From positions 1,116,001 through 1,180,000 of the forward strand of contig LSRY02000001.1 in NCBI GenBank assembly GCA_001643675.2: a stretch of 64,000 nucleotides of DNA, in the 5' to 3' direction. The stretch comes from Monocercomonoides exilis PA203. Lineage: Eukaryota > Protista > Preaxostyla. Position 1 is the stretch's first letter, and each line of letters starts with the position of its first letter. The notes beneath the pieces were generated by a model. It worked only from the letters and a program-made list of their open reading frames with translations. It did not search any database and had not been told where the DNA came from. A program made the position numbers and the translations under genes. Shown here piece by piece: positions 23,763 through 35,767 of the stretch.

Positions 23763-24228
23763 ATATGTTATAAGTTAATGCATCTCCAATTCATGTTTTT
23801 TTGTTTATGAAAAGATAAGTTATACGGAATCATGCTCAAGTTGAATGAGCTTTTGCCTATTTTGAGCCAAAACACAAGAAATGAGCTTTTGGATTGTTAA
23901 TGCCAAAGCTTTACTATGAGTGAATTGAAAAATTGCAATTTTGACATAACAAAAGGACAGTATGACTATATCAGATAAAAGTCTTTTTGGAAATTTTTGT
24001 CAATGGACAATTTTCCAGAAGAAAACAGCAAACCTTCATTTCTAGATGATTCATCTATCCAGATTGTTTGCAAGTTCTTAATTGATTATACAGACGAAAC
24101 TTCTGAACGACAGAAGAAAAACTGCAAAAATATGAAAAATCGAGTTTATCTCAATTGTTTGTTAATAACAGTTATTTTGTAATCTTTTTATTTCGAAATA
24201 ATTCATAAATAGATATCGATCACCATGA

Positions 24229-25436
24229 ATGTTCGTGTGTGTAATAACAAATGATTCTCCTTTGAACGAAGAATCACAAAAGTGGAATTACAAATGTCAC
24301 CGCAACAAACATTCGAAATCAAAATTTATTATGAAACCGTTCTTGTCAAAAGAGGTTGATATTCCTTCTTCAAACCATGATACAAATATTTGCTCATTGG
24401 ACAGTTCCAAACTGCAGGGATTGAGAAATATGGACAATAGTTGTTATAACTCAGCCACTCTACAAGCATTTGCAATTATTTATTATATATCTCCAGGAGA
24501 GTTCACACCAATCGAAAGAGAAGAAACTCTGGAAGCGAATAATATGCATTTAATTTATTCGTTGAGCAGAAATTCTTGTGAGAATATAAAAAATGGAGTG
24601 ATAAAAATTATGAGACATGGAATCAATTTAACAATATATCAAAAATGGAACTACACGAAGTGGATGATGCTTTGGAATGGCTTTTAAATATCTTTAGAAC
24701 AAAAAATCCATTAGCACTTCAAAATATCGGATGTTCAACGTCAGAACATATTATATGCAAAAATTGCAACTTCTCTTCCCGTCGAAGGTTTGTGCATATC
24801 GACATAATTGATCTGTATCATGACAATCTCACAGCTGCATTGAAAAATTTTCAATATGGAAAAAACAATCTAATTCGAGAGGAAATGGAATGTCCTTCAT
24901 GTGAGGAAACTGGAGATGTTTTTCAAGAGTCAACATTTAGTGATATAAAAGTCATTTTGATATTCAGATGGGTGTGCAACAGGTTCAAAGCAGCTCAGTC
25001 AACTTTATCAGTTGACGAAATTTCAATTTTCAATCATATTTTGTTCAATATGAGTATTTCTATCTTCGACTGCAAAGATGAAGCTCAACTGTTATATTTT
25101 AAAGAATATACATTGGTTTCAATAATAATATTTAATTCTTCTTTCAAACATTACATCACATTGACTTTATCAAAAATAATTTACGATTATACCAAAAGAA
25201 CGTTTGACTATTTTTGGTGTGTTTGCAACGATGAGCATGTTGATGTCGTTTCAAATCATCATATCATTGAAAAACACAACAATTTTTGCTTTAAAGGTTG
25301 GAAAGTTAGTCATATCATTTACATCAACAAGAAACTGGTTCATTTAAAGGTTTCATTTTTATTTCAAACAAAACAAATAAGAAAGAGCTCAAGATCTAAA
25401 GACAGAGTGAAAAAAGCAAAAATCATCAGTTCTTGA
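24229..25436 (+). pseudogene. USP-type (peptidase C19) deubiquitinase domain with one frameshift near 24645
   Basis: Cys box QGLRNMDNSCYNSATLQAF; EVDDALEWLL (QxD box equivalent); two CxxC pairs (CKNC, CPSC); CNRF; His box EYTLVSIIIF..KHYIT...WCVCNDEHV; terminal HIIY. Confidence 0.75.
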
Positions 25437-25499
25437 TGTCAAAACAATTTTTTCTTTGCCACGGTGAGAAAAGATTGACTTTCAAAACGCGGAAACTTT

Positions 25500-26842
25500 A
25501 ACTTTTGGAATTGAAGCGAAGGACAGGAATAAATATGTCAAAAACATATTTTTGAAAAAAAACACGTGGCGTTTTAATCATACAAAAAAATTGAACAGAT
25601 TTATGTTCACTATGTGAACGAGGCCTTCATTTGGACAGAGTCAAAACTAAAAAAAGGCTGACTGGATCTGAATGGCTTGAGCTATCTTGTATTATGCAAC
25701 ACAAAAAGTGGGAAGAATTGCATGAGAATTAGTTTTTGTTAAAAAAACAACTCTTGAAACAGAATGAATTGTTGCTTATGCCAGATTTCAAAGAAAATTG
25801 GCTATTACCAATGTCTCACAATGAGATAAACAGAGACTATTATAACAATGTGCAAGTTTCTAATTTATGTGTTATCATTTTCAACAAAAATGAGCTATGC
25901 GTGCAAAAAAAACGTTTTTCACTATTTATCTTCTTGTCAAGCACATGATTTTCGATATGTGATAGACTGCATTGAGGATGTCCTCGGTAGATATCAGTTG
26001 GATCATTATTCTTTTTTGAGTGTTTTTACTGATTCTGGACCTCATTTTAGGAACAAATATTTCATCAATTATTTTTTGCACAATGAAGGGTCATTGCTCA
26101 ATTTCCATCATATTCAAATAAACTATTTTGCAGAACAACATGGCAAATCAGAATGTGATGGAGAGTTCGGTTCAATAACTTCAATGCTTTCTCATTCTGA
26201 ATTAAATATAGGAAAAGATGTCACTTCTTTTTGTGCATTTCTTCAACAATTACTTAGCCAGAACATTGATAATGATATTGAAAATCCATTTCCAGATATT
26301 TTTGCATGTATGTTTTTTTCTTTGGATGATTTTCTTTATATAGTGATTTTTTTTTCAATGAGATACAAACCATCAAATCATAAAACATGGAAATGGATGA
26401 AGATTCCTTCGATGATGACTTATTTGTCTTTAAAAAAAATCTACAATGAAATATTTTCAGCACCTTTTCCCACAGAGGACCTGAAAAGTGGAAAAATGTG
26501 TTGGGCGCAAAATATGGAAACGACAGAAGAATATGTGAAAGAAAAAGTGACACCTAATACGTCAAAATCCATAATAATGAACTTTTTCTTGGGAATTGAA
26601 CAATTAGCAGAATGAAACAAAGGATGAATCTAACAAATGAAATAAAAGAAAAGTCTGATTCAAACAAAGATGAGAAAATAAAGATCATGAATCATAATTG
26701 TGATTCCAATTTGGATAAAGACATAGCAATTAGAATAAAAAGAAAATGCAATCATAAAACAAATTTCGAAAAATGTTTAATGTTGACAAGAAATGCGAGC
26801 GCCATTGAAAACGAAATTGAAAAAGATGTGATAATGCTATAA
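25500..26842 (+). mobile_element. Degenerate Sola-like DDD transposase, directly downstream of the USP domain
   Basis: Motifs LMPDFKENW...RDYY, AHDFRYVIDCI, VFTDSGPHFRNKYF, INYFAEQHGKSECDGEFGSI; frameshifted. The DFxEN / HGKxxxDG signature is recalled as Sola-type and needs confirmation. Confidence 0.65.
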
Positions 26843-27946
26843 CGAATCTTCATTGCGCATTTGGACAGCAGATAATTCGAATTTCATCGCAGTCACGAAA
26901 CATTTCTATCGAAATATGTTAAACCAATTAAAATTATCATCAAACTCTCTTTTGGAAGAAATAAGATATTGTATTTTCTGACAGAAATATTCGTAGAATA
27001 CACACATTTTCGTTGTGTAAAATATAATTTTTCCATTTGCGTTTATCAATAACACTTTCACGATATTATAAAACAAACATTAGATCTTGTCCTTTAATTA
27101 TTCTTGATTCACTATTAATAAAACAATAATTTAAAAATGTTATCAAATGATTTCCATAATCATTAAAAACATTTCAAGAGTTAACTTTATCATTATTTAT
27201 CGTTTTAAGAAAAAAAACTAATTCTTGATCTTTTGGGGGTAAAGATCAAAATTTAAAAGTATTCAATAACATTTGAATTAAGAATAATTCAGCCGAAAAA
27301 AGTGGATGTTCATGTTATTCAAATCAAACACAATGATAATATGAAATAAAAAATTTTTCAATAGGTCGTGTATAAAAAGTTTGAAAGTCCATATATTCCC
27401 CCATATCAAATGTCAAAAATATTAAAAAGGAAATATTTTTCTGAGCGAAAGAAAATCTGAAAATTTATGTTTTTTTTTCTATCAAATACTTTTTCATTAA
27501 TCTTTTCGGTTTGAAGGGACTGAAAGTTTGAGAAAGTTTTATTTTTTCCAATTGAAAAACTAACATCAATTGAAATTTTTCAATATTTGAAAATTTTAAA
27601 AGTTGAAGCTCTGGTTTTCATTTCTTATATCGCATTTTTTGGTGAAAGTCATCATCAATTTCATCGAGGAGTATTGAAACATTTTTATAAATAAAGAGAT
27701 CAGCAAAGATGGAACAAATACAATATTAAAGAAAAGAAATATATGTGGAGCAAACAAGAAAACAATCAGTATAAGTTTAAAACACCCATCAACAATCAGC
27801 ATACTTAGAAATAACAAATGAAAAAAGTTGAGAGGTACTTTTTTTTTCATTATCCAGAAATTTTCATCTTGATGAAACAATCGCAAATTTTGCCTTAAAT
27901 AATGTTTATTATTATTTTGAAGAATAAAAAAAAATGTTTCATAAGA

Positions 27947-28720
27947 AAATGAAGAACAAAGAGTGAAGAAGATTCGTCTCGAACAGAAACAGAACCTGTT
28001 CAGCAACGAGGATATACGGAGATCTTAGATGAATTCTATCTGCATCATATTATTATGAAAAGAACAAAATCGTTATTTCTAATCCGAAATTTGAGTCTTC
28101 TGTATCCACATTCACAAAGATTGTTGGCAAAGAATCAAGGATGTTTTGATTCAATTCGAGAACGGGCTGAAGACAATTCTGAAGATTATCTTTTTGCAAA
28201 TGGAAAGAAGCTTTGTTATTTTGTTCTCATCGAATGGTTTGTGCTTTTGTCACCAAATGCCTTCTCTCCTTCCTCATCCTCTTCCACCAAATCAACAGTC
28301 ACTCTATCCGCTTCCTCTCCTTCTTCTGCCTCTCCTCAACAGTAATCGTCTTCTGCAACACATTGTTCCACTCGCATTGAATATGCACGTCTGAAAGATG
28401 AGCAAATGTTGAGCTGCCTTATGAACATCGATGCAGGGCTGGTGTATCTGAGGCAGCCTGACCAGATCTTCAAGAAATGAAAGAGAGAAGACAAAGCAGT
28501 AACTTTGACACAATCAGTGGTTAAGATGCAGCTGACAAGGTTCAGATATCATAAAAAATCATTGAAAAGAAAGGCAGCAACTGTCATTCAAAGAAGATGG
28601 AAGACATATCAGACAATACAGTGGTTCTTGTGAAAACTGGAGGTTTTGCAAGCAAGCTGGAGGAGAAGTGTATTGAGCAACCGAAGTCGCTTGGAAAAGA
28701 ATTGGATGGTTCCATAGAAG
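27947..28720 (+). pseudogene. Degenerate gene fragment with an IQ (calmodulin-binding) motif
   Basis: KAATVIQRRWKTY at ~28572-28610 and LQASWRR downstream, with in-frame stops. Confidence 0.45.
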
Positions 28721-30909
28721 AAGACAAATAATCACTCATTCATTTCCAGCCATTGTATATGGATATTTGATAAAAAAAAATAAAAGTGAAGTTCACTCGA
28801 AACTTGTTGAACTGAAGCTCTAAAAAAAACGTGAACATTTCATACTGACAGTTGTCTGAATTAAAGATTCTTTAACATTTTCTATTTGGTTTTCCTCAAC
28901 CTCTCTTGTTCTCTTTTATTCAAACATCTTCTTTTTTATACTTTTTCTTTTTCTTCTTTTTCTCAATCATCCCCGGATTCTTCCTTCACCTCATTCCATT
29001 TTTTCTCATTTCCAAAGTTCTCTAAATGTCTCTGTCATCTCTCTCTTGCTCCTCATCAACATCAAGGATTCATCTTCATCTTCAAAAACTTCTCACATAA
29101 TTTCAGTCCTTTTGTATTTTTTTCTACCGATATCCTTTTAGACTTATCTGCTTCTTCTTAACCACCTCTATCTTATGCGATTGAAATCTCTTGTTGAATT
29201 CGGTTAATCCACGAAGCTCTGCGCAAATCAATTTCTTTGGCTCGAAGCAAACCAGACACTTTTCCACATCGGCCTCCTCCTTCATTAACCTCAGCATTCC
29301 CACTCCAAGAGTCTCCAATCCCCAAAGATTCCATTGCTTCTTCCTCCTTCAACTATTTCTCTTTGATTCTTTCCATGAACACCCTGCACACGATGCGATA
29401 ACATCCTTTCACTCCTTTTCATCATTCTTCATCTGTCTCTTCTTGCTCCTTTTTAACAGTCAGTGCAATTTCTGATGATGATAGAACTCATCCTCTATCC
29501 TCATCACCTCATCCTGCAGTGCTTTCTTTGCAATCTCCTTCAAAGGCAAACTTCAACTGCTTCACATATGCACATTGTTGAACGCTTTAAAAAGCCTTTC
29601 AAGTTCGTTTTCCAACTATGGCACTGCATTCGTCATCAAGTGAAAATTAATAATCAGCCTTTCTTCCAAAGAAAACAAGTCCAATTGAAAAAAATTGATA
29701 TATAATTGATCACATTGAATTTTCATCACATTCTGACAAACATCTGAGCTATTTTCAGTTGAATTTCCTATTTTTCTGAACAAAAAGATGGGAGTAATTT
29801 TCGATATTAAGAATATTTTTTTTTCCTTTCAATGAAATGAGAAATGAAATAACTCTATCATTTGAAGAGAGTAAAAAATTAAAAACTCTGATTTTTTTGT
29901 TTCGAAAAAAATGATCTATAAAAGTTAATCATTGAAGTTATGATAAATGAAGCGAATCAAAGAAAGGCGAATGTCGAAGATCTCATATAATGCGCTTTTG
30001 CCTGAAAAAAAGAAATACACATGCAAATTCACTTCAATGTTCAAAAGTTATGGAATCACAAATGTTAGCGAAAACAGTTTCCATTTCACACAACGATGAG
30101 AAATGACCATGGATAATTGTTAAACTCTCAGGAAACTAATCAGCATTATTCACACTGAATGGGTTTTGAATAATGATAGAATTTTTTATTTGTTACTTCA
30201 CTGAACTGTTAAAATATAATTTTGATGAATATATTTAATGATTTGAATATTCTTGAACACAAATTTATTGAAATTGACGAATTAATTGAATCTGTGGTTT
30301 CGTCCTCCTTTTTCTGTGAAATATCCTTCATAATTTGTTGATTTTTTAGTTCCAGAAAAAATCTTTTCATTTTCTATATTAGCAGAATCGTCCTTACAAC
30401 ATTTGCCTATTGCGAATTTATTAAGTTCGAATTTGAGTATTTTTTGGGAAGAAGTTAGAGAAGGATTGATTTCAACAAAGCTGAAAGCTTTTTCATTTAG
30501 CATTTCTTTGTTTTTGTCTTGTTCAAATTAATCTTCTGCCTCAGATTGTTAAAAACTCTGAAGATGAACATCAATTTTGAAATCGAAGCTCTTAATCGAT
30601 CGTCAAAAAAACAATTTATCTCAATAAAAATCAAAAACGAAAATACAGCTCATTTGTGAACAACGAACAATTATCATCAACAAATGTTTAAAAAATATTT
30701 AATTAGAAAATAAAGTCAACAATTTTTCCACAACACGCAATTTGTGACAAATTAGATCAAAATTTGTCAAAATTAACATCAAAGTTATATTTTATTTATA
30801 GGAATTCAAAGAGCACACTGCTCCATTTTTGAAAATGAATGGGAAACTCATTTGAAAAAAATGTAAGAAATGACATGAAAATTTGACTTGTCCGTCAATT
30901 TGAAACTAA

Positions 30910-30927
30910 CCCCCCCCCTCCCCCCCC

Positions 30928-30963
<36 letters not shown>
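30910..30963. repeat. C-rich run (~19 nt) joined to an A run (~35 nt)
   Basis: Directly visible. Confidence 0.9.
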
Positions 30964-30965
<2 letters not shown>

Positions 30966-31368
30966 AAAAATAAAAATAAACTTGTTTGGTCAGACAGGCT
31001 TAATTAGATGTATGTTTTCGCAGTTGGAGTTTATTTGGAATAAATCTCTTTGAGATTAAATTTTTGATCAAAACTCGAACGAAAGTGTGATTTCATAAAG
31101 AATCAGCCATATAGTATTTCAAATTTGTTTTTTCTGTTTATGCTGAAAATACTAAAATGCTGGAATTTCTAAATTTCTTGTATATTACAACTGTTTATAT
31201 GTTGAAATGTTGATTTATGTAATACATTTTTTACAGGCAAAAAGAATGTGATGTTGAAAAAAAACTGAAAAAAAAGAATGCTTACAAAGAAAGAACAACA
31301 AAAGAAATAATAACATTATACAGGGTTCATTATCCTATGTTTCTTCTTCGCAATTTTCAGTATTATAT

Positions 31369-32276
31369 TCAATATGCTCGTTTTTTTTTCCTTACATATT
31401 CACAAACAAATACAAAAATTTCAATAAAGTTATTTTCTTTCGAGACTTTGACAAAAACCATGGAAAGGTTATCTGCAATTAAGTATTTTCTTTCTCCGTT
31501 CAAAGGAAATGCTTTTCGCAACGAACCCCATAAACCTTTGATCGTGTTTGTGCATGCTTTTGTAACCGGGTCAACGATATTCCTTTTGTGGCACACTGTT
31601 CTGTGTTCATATCCATACGTATTTTAGCATTCGTATGCCTTCCACTCATCGCTCATGATGATGGTTTCAGGTTAAATATATTCAAGAATAATTGGAAGGA
31701 GTGTTTATTTTGTTCTGTTTGGGACAATCATCACAAATCGAGGTCCTGCTCCTACACTGTCAAGCCTTTCCACTCCACCAAACAACCAAATTTGCTTTTT
31801 TCTTCTTCCCCTTCTATCCTTTTTTCGACACCAGACAGCCTCATCGATTTCGACTATCTTTCCTTTTCCTCCAATTTGTATTTGCTTCGAATTCCATATC
31901 TTCATGCACACAACCCTTTAAGCGCTTGTCCAAAATGCAACTGTATTGCGATTAATTCCCATTAATTCTGCAGTTTTGTTGATATAAATTCCAACACACT
32001 GTAACAAAAGTGTACTAAGAGTTTTTCCCAATCCTATTTTGCTTTTTGAAAACACAGTCCCATCCAAAACAGATTTTTTGATTTTGCAGAAAGAACAGTT
32101 CCAATATCTATAATTTTTATCGTTCATTTGGATTGTCATCCGTCTTTAGTATTTCTTGAACACAAGAACATCTCCTATTCCAAAATTAAGTTAAACCAAT
32201 CCCAATTCATATCTTCGTTGTGAAATATGTCCAATTACTCACTCGTCGAGCATATCTCTCTTTCTGTTGCAATCAT
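31369..32276 (-). mobile_element. Merlin (IS1595/ISXO2-like) transposase relic 1
   Basis: YRYWNCSFC..KSVLDGTVFSKSKI; GKIVEIDEAVW; WLFGGVER; VPNR; SDEWKAY; TVCHKRNIVDPVTKACTNTI.GLW; frameshifts and stops. Confidence 0.88.
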
Positions 32277-32436
32277 CAAATCAGAAAATTGAAAATCACA
32301 TACGATTTATTGAATAATTTAATGAATTGATCAAAAACTTTGTGATTTTTTTATATCGACGCAGAACAAACTCAGATTAATAACGTTTTTAATTTTTTCA
32401 TTGTTGTTTGTTTAATACTTGATTCAAACTGGTTTT

Positions 32437-32812
32437 TCAAGAAATTCGCATTCCCGTAATATTTGCATATACCAAGATTGCTTCATTGAAAGAAACTGAT
32501 GAGTACATATATTCAAAAGAAGTTGAGGGAGATTGGAACGAGCAGATGGTCACATCAAGAACATCAGACTTCCCAATAATTTCTGTTTGACCCAAGATCA
32601 ACATCTGCCAATAGCATGAAGTCACAGTGTGTTGAATTCAAATATATTTTTAAATGGTGCGGTGCACTGAAATCTCAACATTATTTGCTGTCTGTGTGAT
32701 TGTCTGCAACTGAAGACACAAATATCGTCTTGTTCTGGTATTTCTCGATTCTCAGAATCAGATATTCATCTCCTTCAAACGAGTCTGTTGTGCTGCCCCA
32801 CATCACCAACTT
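32437..32812 (-). pseudogene. Fragment of a surface-protein gene related to the 1-8954 family
   Basis: Translates as MWGSTTDSFEGDEYLILRIEKYQNKTIFVSSVADNHTDSK*C*DFSAP, resembling the TIYVSS.G.DT..CG...C motif; contains stops. Confidence 0.5.
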
Positions 32813-33297
32813 TTTTATTAATGATTATCAAAAAAAATGCCACAAATTTGAAAAGCTGACAGCAAAAATGGATTTATAATTAATTTAAATTTAAAGAGAA
32901 TAAGCTCCAAACCATCATTTTTGATAAAACTTTTATTCATTTTTTCAAGAAAGAGATGTTCCCGCTTCCAAGAAATTATATCATTCATTTAGAATGTGAG
33001 AAAATTCTGATTAAATTAAAACTTTAATAATCGTCAGAATTTTTGTTTTCTTTTCAAAAGAATCAAAATGAACCATTAACAATTCATGAATCAACAGTTG
33101 CAAAATAGTTTAATCAAGAAAACCACTTTTTCATTGCGATACTGATATTTTTATTTTGATCAACAAATTTGATATATAACTACATGTTTCGAAAAATATC
33201 TTTCCTTAAATAAATGTGCTTCAAAATGATAAACATCGCAGTTAGTTTTTTTTATTAGAATAATGGAAACGGAATGATAATTTATTAACTACCATAT

Positions 33298-33564
33298 GGG
33301 ACAATATATTTGATTTCAGGCATTTTCATTGAAAAATCATGCACTTTTGATAAGCGTTTTGTTAACAAAAAATTCAATAAAAATGGGTTCATTTTTTGAC
33401 ATACATGGAATGTCACAAAACTTTTCTAATAACAACTTTCATGGCTATTTGCTGAAAAGAATAACCAATTTATTTTGAATTCTGAGAATGATTGATAAAG
33501 TTATGAGTGAATCAATTTTTTGATGCTTTGGGCAAAAAAAGCTTGAAAGTCAATATTTTTCCCC
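33298..33564. mobile_element. MITE family D copy (267 bp, ATAT TSD)
   Basis: GGGACAATATATTTGATTTCAGGC / GCTTGAAAGTCAATATTTTTCCCC; ATAT on both flanks. Confidence 0.75.
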
Positions 33565-33635
33565 ATATGTCTAATTTTTGATCTGATGTCACTATTTAAA
33601 AATGATAATTAATTGTGAATTTTTACATCATAAAG

Positions 33636-34400
33636 CTAATTCCGATATCTATCAGCACATTGTTTCCTCAGTCGTTTCATCCTTCCAAAAAACCATACAA
33701 CTGGAATCCTATTTTTTGCAAGTCTCGCATTGAATTCCATTTCTTCTTTGGATTTTACATTTTCATTAAGTGTGATTAAATCTAACCCTTCTGCAACTCC
33801 CTGAGATCCACCATCTGCCATTATTTTCCATTGAGCATTGAATTCATTCAGGCTATTCTTATGTCTGTCCTCATTTGAAATCTGTAAATATTCAATAAAT
33901 GGTAGCAAATCCTTTTTAAATAGAGAGAAATCATGGATATGCACTTCAACGACTTCAGATGTGAATAAAGCTTCAAATGGATGAGAAGCGGCAACAGCAA
34001 CTTGAATTTTAACGCCATGAACTTTGTGATGCCCGTCCCATAGAAGTTTTTGATTTTCGAAACTTCCAGCAGGCTTTTCAGTTCGCATGGAGGTCGCATT
34101 GACCAGTAATGCTACTGTTCCAACAAATGATCTGTCTCAGTGAAAGTCGTCCTTCTCTTTTTTCGTTCATTTGTCTCAGAACATGTAATGCTAATGGAAG
34201 GATGAAATTTGTCGAGTCAGAAATGATATGGTTTGTTTTTCCAAACCACAGCCCAATATGTGTTTGTGTTGCACCTGTTGACATCCATTCTAAATTTGAA
34301 AATAGTTTATCCGCTGTTGAGATGAGTCCCTTTGGTCCTCTCCTAGGTATTTTTTACAAATAAATCTATCGAGTTCACTATCAATGGAAAAAGTCTGACA
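33636..34400 (-). mobile_element. PIF/Harbinger-ISL2EU-like (DDE_Tnp_4) transposase relic
   Basis: HTH-like TGATQTHIGLWFG; RTEKP; WDGHHKVHGVKIQVAV; HIHDFSLF; IMADGG.QG; FNARLAKNRIPVVWFFGRMK; frameshifted, last catalytic E lost. Confidence 0.75.
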
Positions 34401-34578
34401 TTCAGATTATTAATATCTGTGAAATACCTTTTTTTGTTCGAATGAATACTGACAGTTTTCATTTTGGATCATGTGAAAAAACGTAATAAAAGAAAAATAA
34501 TCAAATGAAGAAAATAATTTATCTTAAAAAAAATGCAAAAGATAAATGTTCAATGTGATATGTTTCTGAATCTTATAT

Positions 34579-34834
34579 GTGTGATTATTTTTGTTGTCAT
34601 ATTATTTCTAATTAAATTTTCGGTTTGAATATTTCTCCTTTGTATTAACAAAAGAATACTTTAAAGAGAAAAGGCTAAAAAAACATTATCATGATTTTTA
34701 TTTGTGCTTTTACATTTGTTTTTTAAAACAGTTGTTATAAATTCTCAAATAGTGTACAAAATCTCTTCCCAATGACAAATGAAAATGAAAAATTGACACC
34801 CCGAAAAAAGTTATGATTACAAAAATAATCACCC
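34579..34834. mobile_element. MITE family B copy (256 bp, ATAT TSD)
   Basis: GTGTGATTATTTTTG / CAAAAATAATCACCC; internal match to 40032-40284 (aaaatctcttccca.tgacaaa, caccccgaaaaaag). Confidence 0.75.
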
Positions 34835-35767
34835 ATATTTTTTTGTAATCTGTCCTATCTTTCATCAGGATCAAAGGAATTTTATTCTTTTGAAAAGGAA
34901 TTAACACAATATTCACAGCATCATACAGACACTCCAAGTTCTTAAATATTTCTTCATCTTCCTCCTTCGAAAATAGCAAATTTGATTAAAAAAAGAAAAA
35001 CGAAAACCATTCTGGAGAGAGGAAATGCTATTTAAGATCAATGTGTAGGTAAAATGACTGATGGAGGACTGAAAGTGGGTGAAAAAAGCAAAATTGTCAC
35101 ATTTGAAATTCACTCTGAATATTTTGTTCCATTGTTTATGAAATTGAAAAATCCCTGTTTCAGTTGTGAAGGTGACGAAAATTTGACAAAAACATGCATC
35201 AAGGAAGTGAGGAGTTACGAAGCTGAAGTCAGATCATTGTGCAGTGATGGATAACAACCAATAAAAATGGTCTTGCAGCATTTTTCAAAAGAAAATGAAG
35301 ACGAAAGTTCGTTATCATCAATTTCGATTAGTCCTTAACAAATTAATTGAAGCAATCATTTCATAAATTTGGTTATTACCCACACTTTAAAGAAAATTCA
35401 TTTCGAAATGGTTAAAGATGTTAAAATTTTTTTTTCAAACATTCACATTGGATAAAAAAAATACTGCTCAAATCGAATTGTCCTCCATTTATAAGCAACA
35501 CGTGGAATTGTTAATGTGAAATTTGCTCTTTCATTGGTCAAAAACGTTGTACAATTGTCAAAAACGATTTATTGGATCATCTTTCGGTTTAAAATACCAT
35601 TGAAACTGAAATTTTGCTTTATACTCTTCAAAAGCTTCATTTTGTTTAAGAAAGTGACAATTTCAAACTTTGTTCAGTTTTTCCTAAACATTTTGAAGTT
35701 TTGTCCTGGTTTCAGTTATTATTGAAAAATAAACACTTTTAAACGAGTGAATGGGTTGGAGCAATTA

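Noticed and set aside
23521-23766. Treating families A, B and D as TA-TSD Tc1/mariner MITEs with TGGG ends
   Set aside because: Copies flanked by ATTT/ATTT and AAAT/AAAT fit a 4-bp AWWT duplication with G-starting ends better.
16013-27401. An 11.4-kb composite transposon bounded by GGGGGAAAATATGG (16013) and CCATATATTCCCCC (27401), both flanked by ATAT, enclosing the USP-transposase
   Set aside because: Both ends look like family-D MITE termini and each has a plausible degenerate partner nearby (~16200 and ~27235). ATAT is the commonest target, so the match may be chance. Worth retesting if other USP-transposase copies are found.
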